Part shown: positions 1-11,342 of the stretch, piece by piece
Position numbering within the stretch: the first letter of the stretch is position 1
How the letters are laid out: each line of letters opens with the position of its first letter
NCBI GenBank assembly: GCA_051362555.1
Contig: CM120641.1
Coordinates: forward strand, 43,034,401 to 43,098,400
DNA from: Lingula anatina
Taxonomy: Eukaryota > Animalia > Brachiopoda
Reading direction: 5' to 3'
DNA: 64,000 nucleotides
The notes under the pieces: generated by a model
The model's database searches: none
Told to the model about the DNA's origin: nothing
What the model saw: only the letters and a program-made list of their open reading frames with translations
Made by a program: the position numbers and the translations under genes

Positions 1-1769
1 CAATGAAAACGTTACCTGAAAAGGTGAGACTGTATACATATTGTGTGCTCTGTAGTTTGAACTTTACTTTTCTATTTCACTTGCTGTTAATATAGAAAAA
101 TAAAGTTATCTGCATGTACTTCATGTGGTTACCATGACCCTTATTTTATTGCTTTAGAACTGTAAGAAAATTGGAAGAACATATATTTTAAATTTAAAAG
201 TTAATGTATAGCTTCGATTTAGGTGGGGATTAAGGCAGTTTGCTCTATTATAAAACCTTCAAAAATATGGCATTTATAAAAACATGTTAAATACACATTT
301 GATCATTTGGTATAGCCGATTGAGGAGCTGGATGTGTTACATTTCTAAGTTTTTCAATTATTATATTATTTTTGTACATCTACAAAACTTGCAGTGAATA
401 CATTTGCAATTGAACTTTTACCATTGTTCACTAACTTACCGGTATCTTTTTACTTTTACTTGAAGTACTGTTGTTTTTTTTTTTAATTTTTACTTTTTAA
501 ATGTGTTCCAGACTGAAATAGCCAATGCCCTTTATGAAAAAGGTCTTTTGATGACAGATGAACCCATGCAGGCTGTTGATGACTCTTCCAGTGAGGATGA
601 GGATATATAAAAGAGATAATACAATGAAGATGAGGATGTTTGACTTAGGCATAGGATTTGACATTGAGGATGGGGATATATAAATAGAAAAAATAATAAT
701 AAATTGAAGATGAGGATATTGAGGATTCGACAATGAGGATGAGGGAGACATTGGTGATGTGAATTAGAATGTACAATTCAGGATATGCATTGACAGTGAG
801 GATTCTTATCAGGAGTTGGAATGATGATGCTTATGTTGTTAATATACAATAACAGTGAGGATGATATTGATAATGTGTGGTAAAGGAAATACAATGACAC
901 TGCATTGGGACCGAAATATTTGATAGAACTCATCAAGTGAAGTAAGACATAAAACTAAGTTTTAATTGCTTTGTTTAGACTGTAGTATTATACAAATTTT
1001 AGGGGTTTTATACAAAAGTGATCGATATCATTTTACACATTAAGTGTATCAGTAAGTACATGACTCAAGACTTAAAAGCATTGTAAGCAAGTTTATTGTT
1101 CTGAAAAAGCAAAATGATCTTTTGTGTGACTTTTAGACATTTCAAAACTCACTTGTGTTTTCTCTTCATATTCATGTATTTTATGCAGTTATTAAGTTTC
1201 AAAATGGGGTTAAAAGCAACTGAAAAAATAGCCAGCCATGACATTTCATAGTTTTCTCTTTTAAGTTAACTTTTTTAATATCATAAACTTTGTTTAATAT
1301 TGTTTTTTTAACTTAATGTATGCCAATTTGGCAGATTTTTTGCTTTTTTCATAAAGTCAAATTATTTTTTCTTTTTCTTGTACAGTGAATCACATACAAA
1401 TTTGAAACTAAGAGGGTTGGAATTTCCAATCAATGAAAAAAATATTTACATAAAATACCTTTTAGTTTTGTTTTTAGTAAAGACTGACTGAAAAGAAAAA
1501 TTATGCAAGTGAACCTGTAATTGTGCGATTTTCTATACATGTATTTGAAGCTGAGCTTGAGTTATCGTGTAGGCCAGAATGACGCTTTGAAAAACTTAAA
1601 TTTTTATTTTAGAACATTTCAGGTGGACAACAAAATAAAGTAAATCTAAGCAATTAATAACATAAAATGTTGCGAGCATTTTTTAACTATAATTCAGTCA
1701 AATGCTAAATTTCACTTTAGTGCATAATATTGCCTGTGGAACATAGAGGCAGTGACTTGATAGCCGCTA

Positions 1770-3624
1770 TTCAAACTTTCCATTCTCCCATCGTCATCTG
1801 CATCGTCCTCTTTTAAAACCGTCTATAGATTCTGCAAAACACCCAAGGAGACCTTATCATGTTTACAGAATTGTGTTTTGTGAGAGAATCAGCTGAGCTT
1901 GCATTAGAAAATTGTTTCGTTGGGGATAACATCATTGTTGACATAGATGGCTGTCACAGTGACTTAACAATTCGAATAAATATGTTTTTACAATAAGCAG
2001 TGGTCATGAAATTACCTGACGTCTCTCGTTAATGCCTTTTCCTTTCTGCCTTCGATACATCTCTAAATCCATGACCTCGCGTCAATGCCCTGAGAGCATG
2101 CCGTAGTATCTCCATGTCTTCGGGTCTTGAGTTTTTATGACTGTAAGACGAAAATATTCCCGGTAAAAGTGGCTCTGATTTCATTCTCATACGTCAATAC
2201 GGACAAATGAATTGTGCTCTGAAATCGTTGAGACGACGTCATAATAACCATAAACTTTTAATTCTGTAGCCTAACCGTAGCAAGTAGTTGTAGCATGTTT
2301 ATTGTAGCTAACTGACATTTACCCGATGCTACAATATTGTCATTTTAATCAAGGGTGAGAATAAATACTTGCTAGAAAAAATGATGTTCCATTTCTTCTT
2401 CTGCCATATTGCTAGTATCGGTGTCTACTTTACCCTTATAATGCTCCTTAATGTGGCTGGGAATACGTAAAGTAAACTGGATTTTATCAATATAATTTAT
2501 TACTATGAATTCACATAAGAAAAACGTATTTAGATAGGAAAAATTATAATAAAAACAGATCCTAGAAAGAAAAATAGCATCATAGTGAAGCCAGCTGTCA
2601 TCATAATATAACGGAACATAGAGTTGTGATTATTATCATTTTCGGCAATTAAAAATATAATCTTAGCGAATCTACACGCAGAATATTCACTTTCTCCGTG
2701 AAAAGAGTTGAATGCATGTCATTACCTATGTTTGAATTCATTATTAATAATTTTTTTTCTGCGAATTTTTGTATTTGAACGAATGGTGAAAAAAGCAATG
2801 GACAGAAACTACCCCTTCCCCCACTTAACACGTCATGCATATTGTATTAAACAGCTGTTTGTGGCTGACGCTTAAGGCTATTCAAGTGAACACGTTGCTT
2901 CATTTTAGCCTGCAGAAATCGTGTGCGTCTTTCTTTTGATGGCACAACATCAAAGCTTTATTTTTTACGCGGTAATATCGACGTTGGAGTTGTCTGAACC
3001 GAAGTATAATACGTTAGTTACTTAATCACCCTCTTATGTTGTACAATTCAACTTATAGTTGCAAGAACAAATAATTATTATCATTATTTAAATGATCATT
3101 ACCAGGGGCGGATCCAGAGATTTTTCTGACAGTCTCCCAAATTATCTTTGTTACCATCCTCCATTTTTGACCGTCTTCCGACAGAAAAAAATAGATACCT
3201 ATCAATGTAAACTTGGAAAATCTGACCGTCTTCCAGAAGACCCAGAAGACGGCCTAAATCCGCCCCTGATTACTATCATTAGTATTTTGATCAGGAAAGA
3301 CCTGACAGATACCAATTATGTCAAAACAAGCTACGGAATAAACTATCCAATAATATTGTGTCAAATAATGACTTTTCAAAGATTCTTTGACGTTTAGTAA
3401 CCCATTTAATACATCTGAAATAAATTTAATATAACTCCTAAATCAGCATCTTAATGTAAAGGGAAAATTGTGTTAAATCACATACTCAATAACACGAATA
3501 TATTCTGGGTCGCATTTGTTGCGTGTTTATGGTCTACATTTGGCCCATGGCCCTGGTGACTGTTACACAGGACCAGAAGCATGGCGAAAACTGCCGCGGT
3601 CACAGCTAAACTTTTGCTGATCAT
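1770..3624 (-). pseudogene. MCFD2-like EF-hand pseudogene (tandem copy 1)
   Basis: Exon remnants 3624-3486 (MISKSLAVTAAVFAMLLVLCNSHQGHGPNVDHKHATN), 2456-2373 (HIKEHYKGKVDTDTSNMAEEEMEHHFF), 2140-2016 and 1831-~1780 (VLKEDDADDDG) align with copy 2. Lesions: 13-nt deletion in exon 1 (frameshift), GC instead of GT donor at 2372, degenerate EF-hand 1, in-frame TAA at 2029-2031, 2-nt deletion in the last exon. Confidence 0.85.
3103..3268. mobile_element. MITE, CAGGGGCGGAT termini, 5-bp TSD ATTAC
   Basis: 11-bp TIR CAGGGGCGGAT..ATCCGCCCCTG; ATTAC at 3098-3102 and 3269-3273; internal repeated TGACCGTCTTCC motif; lies in an intron of the MCFD2-like pseudogene. Confidence 0.85.
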
Positions 3625-3788
3625 ATCTGTAAGCCTACAGAGTACTAGAAAAAAAAGAATAAAACGGGGTTGTAGATTTAATTTTATGGTGATAAATGGT
3701 ATTCAACTTTAATACAGTACTATATTGTTTAGGAATTCAAGGTTCATTGGTTCTACTTGTGACATTTTACAAGTAAATGAAAGATCAC

Positions 3789-4338
3789 CAGGCCTACCCA
3801 ACTACCAGACTCGGCACCTAAGGATCCTGAATTAACCGGTATATCGGACCACGCTACCCGTTTTCAAGGTGTGTGTCAGATCGCATTTCGGAGTATCATG
3901 CCCCAGAACAATTTTTGTAGCACGACTGCGGGCTCATCCACGCTCGGCTGAACAACCTTAAACTGTACTCTTACTTTAGAGTACTCTATTTTATTGTCTC
4001 TATGGGATATATGGGGACTCTACGACAGTCGGTTTGAATGTTTTAACCACTTTTGATAGAGCTTTTTTGCATTGTATTAGATTAATGTGGCAGTCTAAGG
4101 TTCATCTAGGTGGCTTTCAAAATTATGCACCCGGTTTTAAAATCATATAGCGATTTTACGACAATCGTTTACTATCCAATCAAGGTGACAGCCGAGCATG
4201 TCAGGGCTCATCCTGTCGGTGTTCTGGCTGATACTCCGAAATGCGATCTGACACACACCTTGAAAACGGGTAGTGTGGTCCGATATACCGGTTAATTCAG
4301 GATCCTTAGGTGCCGAGTCTGGTAGTTGGGTAGGCCTG
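3789..4338. mobile_element. MITE/foldback element with 110-bp TIRs, 5-bp TSD ATCAC
   Basis: 3789-3898 is the reverse complement of 4229-4338 with one mismatch; begins CAGGCCTACC; ATCAC at 3784-3788 and 4339-4343; no coding capacity. Confidence 0.92.
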
Positions 4339-4539
4339 ATCACGGACGCTTGTGCTTTTTATATCAGGATCCAGTCGGATATTGGAATATGTTCAAACTC
4401 CGTTACACATAAATATAAATTTCTAAATAAGTAAGCCATTTGTCTTGTAGCTTTTTACATGCTATATGTTTCTTATCCGTCCGCATATGGTCATTCTTTA
4501 TTATATTGAATGTGCAGTAAGCTATCAAAGAATATTGTT

Positions 4540-4700
4540 ACGTACCTTTCGACTATACAATGCACACCTGTGCGTTGATCTGTTAGAACTGTGTATTACA
4601 ACTTAACAGTACACAGGGCGTGAAAACTTAATCCAGTCATAAAAAGCAGAGTCTAATCAAGGTAGACCGATCTGCTGGTTAGGTGACGTGTCATCAAAGA
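4540..4700 (-). promoter_or_regulatory. Putative promoter/5' UTR exon of MCFD2-like copy 1, duplicated upstream of copy 2
   Basis: Similar to 7495-7678 (CACCTGTG..TGATCTGTT; ATAAAAAGCAG; GATCTGCTGG.TAGG; GTGTCATCAAAGAG); minus-strand splice donor at about 4545 and 7503. Confidence 0.5.
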
Positions 4701-5217
4701 GGTCTTTCTTGACAATTTTGGTGCAAAAAATATCAAAACAAAGCATAATACTAATAACAAGTTTTCTGACGTAAAAGACTATTTCCACGAATGACCGAAC
4801 AGCGTTCTAATGAATTCATATCTCAAAAATACTGTTTTAACAATCGTTTCTAAGCCATTTCTTTTCCAAGCACAGCATTTTCTAGACTTAACTTATAAAT
4901 GCATTGTTGTCAAACGAGGATGGTCATTTTTTTCTTAAAACAATTCCCCCATTTTATTAAATACTCTTGTTAAAATTGAAATGTAGGCTGGCGAATTTCA
5001 CTCGTAACTGTTTACATAGCGCAGTTTTCTCACCCGTTTTGGATAGGGTATGCCTTGGTGATTTTTTGCTATATAAAGGTCAAACGCACATTGGACGTTT
5101 CTCACTGACAAATTGCTGAATTAAAGGAGACGTATCACAATTTGATTTTTTTCTATTCTCATCCATGTTTATTCATTAGAAATAAATGCTCAATACAATG
5201 ATCAATGATCTTCAACT

Positions 5218-7166
5218 TTAATCTGGTGGTGGTGGTCTACGTCGAGCGGATACATATTCAGGATAAGTTAAATATCCATCGTTATCTACATCGTCTGCTT
5301 CTAAAACTTGATCTATAGATTCTGCAGAACAAATAAAAAACAATATCATTATTCTTGAAATAAGGTGCAAGAAACAGTCAGCAGATCTTGTAAGTAAACG
5401 TTTGTTTTGTATATTGTCGATTTAGATGGTTTTTGGAGTGCTATCTTTAAATTTGAATTCCGCGTGTTTAAACATTAGGCCTAAAGATTGGACGTAATAT
5501 TACCTGCAGTCTCTTGGATCTTTTTTTCCACTTCTTTCTTTGTCATTTGCTTAAATTGAAATGACATCAGCTCCAAAAGAGATGCAAGAATTTCCAGACC
5601 GTCAAGTTTCAAGTTCTTATCGGTATCGTGTTGACTATAAGAAAATAATACTTCTGGCTAATGTTAACGTGACTTTGAGTGTTTTTCAACTCGTTAAAAC
5701 AGACACAGATCGATCGTATTCTAAGGTAATATGAACGATGGTATGATAATCTGACAAGCTACGGTCTTGAATGGCAAATTAAGTTGTTGTTACTGTTTTT
5801 ACTGTTTTGATCTGTATATATGTTTTATTTTTATTTTTGATAGTCTTAACACAATCCTTTATATTTTTTACTTATTCAATGGATGTTTAATTAAGAACGT
5901 GTACTTATACTAACCTCATTAGGGCCATGGGGAAGACAAACTGTATATTGAAATGTTTTTAATCTCAACAAACAAACGTGTATATACACTCAAGAGACTT
6001 CCCTGACCACATGATGCTGAAAGACTCTTTATCAAGGATGAAAATAGATACTCACTAGAAAAAATGAAATTCCATTTCTTCCTCTGTCATGTTGTTGGTG
6101 TCAATGTCCACCACGCCCTCGTAGTGTTCCTTTATGTGTCTGGAAACAAAGGAAATTTCACGAAATTTATTTGAAATTTCATCGTTTTTCAAAGAAAAAA
6201 GACAGAGTTTGTTTTAAATGGTCAAAATGAATCAAAATAGACATCATAAAGGGAGATATAACCAAGATGAAACCAACTGTTCATATGAAATTACGGAAAA
6301 CAGCGCTGTCTCCAGAACATTTTTGAAAATGGTTTATTTATATTTTTATTGTTAATTAACTCTCTGGGTGTGGATTCTATGTGTCATTATGCCTTTATGC
6401 CTGAAAATAGTTCAGGGATATATCTACTGTTCATATTTTTCAATTTATTGATTTATTATTTACTTATTGCAAATTATTAATTTTCTATAGACGTAATTAC
6501 CTACCTACTTATACATACATGTATTTTCATGTACATAAGCATTTATTAATTTTTCTATTCATTTATACATTTTTGGTTTATTTATTTATTCATGTACTTG
6601 AATAAATAATTTTAAAGACGACAATAAACATCAACTGGCGCCCTGATGATAGCCCAATATAGTATACTACAATGAGCTTTTGTATTTGAAATAAATTAGA
6701 AAAAATTTCCATCATTTACGTAGCACGCCACCAGTAGATGTGCGCATTATTTTTTTATGCTACGATATCGCTGTTTTACTAGGCATTGGGGATGTGTCAC
6801 AGTCATCTGAGAATAATTTCACCAGAACTCTCCTGGTCCATTTGAATAACACCAAAACTAGCTTTGGTCCCGATATCAAAAGCTGCAATAATAGTTTATC
6901 CAGGAATGATTATTTTCCGAGTAACCTTATTGTTCTCGCTACAAACCCACGCAATATAACTCATAGTGAAACAGTGTAAGCATAAGGTGGAAAATTAACA
7001 TGGAAATCACGTACTCTACATCACGCCTATATTCGGGATCTCTCCATTCTTCAGCATTTGTTGCGTGTTTATGGTCTACATTTGGTCCATGGCCCTCATG
7101 GCTGTTACACAGGGCCAGAAACAAGGTGAAAACTGCCGCGGTCACAGCTAATTTTTTAACTTTCAT
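5218..7166 (-). CDS. MCFD2: MCFD2-like secretory-pathway two-EF-hand protein (copy 2), 156 aa
   Basis: Exons 7166-7015, 6139-6056, 5634-5504, 5321-5218 splice GT-AG in frame: signal peptide MKVKKLAVTAAVFTLFLALCNS, HIKEHYEG..MTEEEMEFHFFYQHDTDKNLKLDGLE (EF1), IDQVLEADDVDNDGYLTYPEY (EF2), ending ARRRPPPPD*. Confidence 0.88.
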
Positions 7167-8507
7167 CGTGGGCACCGAGAAATCCTGGAGAAAAAAATCG
7201 TGGGTAGTAGTTTTTATTGCTGAAACTTTACTTTAATATAATGTTGTTTTAAGTTACGGAACCATCTTGGCTATCTCTGTTAAGTTACATATGGATGAAC
7301 TGTCACTACACGTATCAGGACTCGTTCAGGTATCGCCTGCTGTTGATTTTCGCTCAAGTGAAATCCATTTGCTCGTTTAATACGATAATAGCGTTACTTG
7401 ATTTTTGTTATTGCTTTACTTCAGAAATTCCAAATCAGTACAAAAAAAACTCAATCTCCAAAATGAAAAATATTGTAGTAGATCAGGAGTATAGTTACCT
7501 ACCTCTAAACACCATATACAGCACCTGTGTACTGATCTGTTGGTTCCACATGTAACACGTGTAACTAATACACATATTATAAAATGGGACTTACAGATCT
7601 GCATCCATGTCAAATAAAAAGCAGCGCCTATTCAGGATAATCTGATCTGCTGGCTAGGCGGAGTGTCATCAAAGAGAACGTTCGAGGAATAATGGCACGA
7701 ATATATATGAAAACAAAACAAACGAAGAATTGTGATTTTTTTACTGTCGAACATCATTTAATCGCTGTATTTTCACTTTTCTTAGAAACGCTTTTCTTTT
7801 ATTTTAACCAAGGAATTATAACTCTTTGTTTTAACGGAAGTCTTTAGTTCTGTTCTAAAACTTCTATTCGGTTAAAACTTAAAGGGTTGTGTTTTGGCTC
7901 TCATACTGATATGCGTTGAGTCTATTTTAAAGTATAAGGTGATTTAAGTCAAACGAATCCAGCTTTCTTTTTTGTCTGGTTCAAGCTCATGCTCGATGCT
8001 ACAGTTGGGTAAATATAACGGTGAGTGCGTTAACAAAACGACGAGCTCACTTGACACAATGGCAAGCTTCGCATTGAGGGTGTCGTGGACTTGCATTACA
8101 ATGATCCAGCTGGCGCAAGTGGATCTCTCTTGTGTTTTACTTACACAGGAAATTAACATAAACACTAGATTTGTGGGTGAAAAGCAAAATATTTGGATCT
8201 TGTGTAAAATCTTAAAGAGACAGAAGACTTAAAGTGCATGGTCATGATTGCGTTCACAAGGTTACCAAGTTACCAGTGTTCATAAAAGCCGGCCACTTCT
8301 TGGATTTTTTTCTAGTTTCTATTTTTTTTTTTTTTTTTTTGACGGGAAAAGTTTTTTCTGTTTTATGTTTGAAGATCGACACTATATAAAGGTAAGGAAG
8401 AACTCTTTCGCTTTTTCGCCTTGAGTTTTAAAACAAGATATATGAATCTGTTTTGAGATTATTTTATTATAACATCTTTTGTATTTTAATAATTAGTATT
8501 TGTTTCT

Positions 8508-9833
8508 TCAACTAGCTTTACGCCGTGCTGCTAGATATTCAGCGTAAGACAGATAACCGTCGTTATCAGCATCATCGTCCGTAAATATTTTGTCCACGAT
8601 ATCTGAAAAAGAATCACAATAAAATGATACGTTACATTTTTGAATGATAAATCTTCCAATTATGGAAAAGAAAATGAAAAGGTGAAATCTTCCATTATCA
8701 CATAATATAAAATATAAAATATAAAATACATATACAATATAAAATAGATACACAAATTGATGAAACAACGCAAATGAAAAATAATTGATCACAGAGCGCA
8801 TAGATTTAACAAAATTTAATTTTTATTAAATTGATATTTAAATATATATTCAAAATGTTTTACCTGTCATCATCTTAAGATTTTCTTCTACTTCTTGTTT
8901 CTGTTTTTCTTGCTGCTCTATCGTGAGCGGAACTTCGTCTTCTTTTTTGTCACCGTGATGGTGATGCCTGTTCGGCTCTGTAATGGCCGCCAGAATCTCA
9001 AGTCCGTCAAGCATGAAATTGTCATCCGTGTCATGTTGCCTGGAAGTAGGAATATCTTTATATGTTTTAATGTTTTGGGGGCAAGTTTCTGTCCCTTCAC
9101 AGTGGGCATTTACCCCAGCAATGAACTACCATCAGATTTCAAATACACACATGAAATATTGATAAAAAAGGAAGAAACAAATGTAGAAAAAATAAAGAAA
9201 GAAACCGCCTATATTACTGGTTTCCCTGATCAATCTTGTAATATTCCTTTCTTGTAGATTAACGAATTTTCGGATTAACTTGAGATTTATAGAAAAAATA
9301 AACTTTTACAATACTTTTTAATAGATAATGTAAAATTAAAACTGATAGGTCTGAATTTAATGAGAATAATTTCATCAAGAAATAAGGGAACCCGCTGCGC
9401 ATGACTTCATCGCCAAAGCTTTACATGAAGACTTACTGAAAATAGTGGAATTCTAATTCTTCGGGTGACATGGCGCTTGTGTTGAACTCCACTTTACCCT
9501 CGTAATGTTCCTGGATGTGACTGGTAATAAAAGTACTTGATTATAGTCCACAATTTCACAAGATTATCGGTTACACAATACATGTATACACCATACGAAC
9601 CGCAAGAATGGCCTTAAGAAAAGGCTGGTGATGCATCAAATGTCAAACGTAATTTTTCTTGAAAAATATAAGAGTATCAATTAGTACCACTTGTTAAATG
9701 TCACTTACTCAGCGTCGTGAACATAGTTAGGGTCGTGCCACTGGTCAGCCACATTCCCCGTGTCCTCGCCATGGCTCTGAGCCAGAAGCAAAACCAGTAC
9801 CGTCGTAACCAGCGCGACTCTCTCCACTCTCAT
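8508..9833 (-). CDS. MCFD2: MCFD2-like secretory-pathway two-EF-hand protein (copy 3), 159 aa
   Basis: Exons 9833-9709, 9520-9437, 9039-8864, 8602-8508 in frame: signal peptide [91 protein letters not shown]; same intron phases as copy 2. Confidence 0.9.
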
Positions 9834-11342
9834 TTTTTTTTCTACAATGTAAATTAATCCACGTATAACACTTCTACTCCGTGTTAATACAATTATCTAT
9901 TCACTTTAACTTAAAATGTGCTCTTATGACTCAAATTGCCAAATATTCGCAGTCACCCCCTAGTAAATCTAACATCTCCTCCAATTATTTACGAACTACA
10001 ACAATTATGCCTCAGAGAACCTGCCGGTCTGACTGCTTGGTATTACTTAACCTGTAGCTGTTTTGTAACGATTGGTTATCAATATAGTTATTTATCGCGG
10101 AAATGGCATATACTTTATTTCTCAGCTCCCATCACATAGAACGAAACATACAGATAGATAGGCCTACTATTGACTTCTCCATATATACAACGACACGTAG
10201 ACCTATACCAGGATAATTGTTTATCAGGATATGTAATCACCCGCATCATTGAAATTATTAGCTGAAATATAGGCTCTAATGTACAGGCTTTTTGTACAGA
10301 TATGCATACAGGCTTATACAAGGTGAAATGTATGTCTATAATAAAGCTTTGGATATCTGATATCCTCACCTTCAATCGTAATAAAGGGGACCTGTGCTTT
10401 GCCCTTGCAGCTTGAACAGTTAACTCAGCACGCTATCGGAAATTGGGTCACATATCCAATATTAATCCATCGATTATCAGCTGGTTAAACCATGGCTCCA
10501 TTTATCTTCTGTGTTAACAAACACCTGCCGGATTCCCGCACCTGTTATTGCGGTAGTTGAGATCATAAAACAACTAATACATGTGCATTGCGAAAATGGC
10601 AATTGGAGTTAATTTGGCCGAGGGTTTTACTTTTTCTCGATAATCAAAATATGTTGAATGAATAAAACACGCTTTCTGCGTCATTATAGCATTGAAAATC
10701 CTTATTTCCATCATAACCACGCCCCTTTTCTTTTTCTTATTTTTTCTGAAAGGCACAGCAGGCTTTTTACCTTTCTTGTTAAAATTGAGATTTAAAATTG
10801 ATTTCAGGCACACGGGAGAAAGTATAAGTTGGAATGTACATGATATTGGTGCAGGAGAATAACTTGATAATTTGTTTCATTATGAGAAGTTAAATGCACA
10901 AACACATTAAAAGTCGCATATGATTTTTATTTTCATTTCCGGCGGAATTCTCCTTTTCGCGTAGGCAGACGATATGTTAAAGAATGAAATACTATATTTT
11001 AGAAATCAACACGCTTATTTTTTCTAGGGCGGACCAACAAATCAGTAGTTTCTAATCCGTCCTTCCACTAAAAGAATCGTGCACGAAATAACTGTCCCAG
11101 AAATTTCCTGCTCCATTTATGCTAATTCTGCCCGCCACTGAAGCGTGTATACGTGTGCTGATCTCTCTCTAAAGATTTGGATAATGTATTGATTTTTGTT
11201 TCGCAGACTCTGTACATAGTCCTGACGATGCTACTGTACAATGATCAGCATTTTTAAACGACTCATTTACTACAGTGTGGTTTCTTCATGTAGTCGCCCA
11301 CTATCTGATTGCTGTGCTGGGTTTCCTGAAGCAAAACCTGAA

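Noticed and set aside
497-900. 84-aa ORF and degenerate GAGGATGA/CAATGAGGAT repeats
   Set aside because: Low-complexity decayed minisatellite-like sequence; no domain or splice support.
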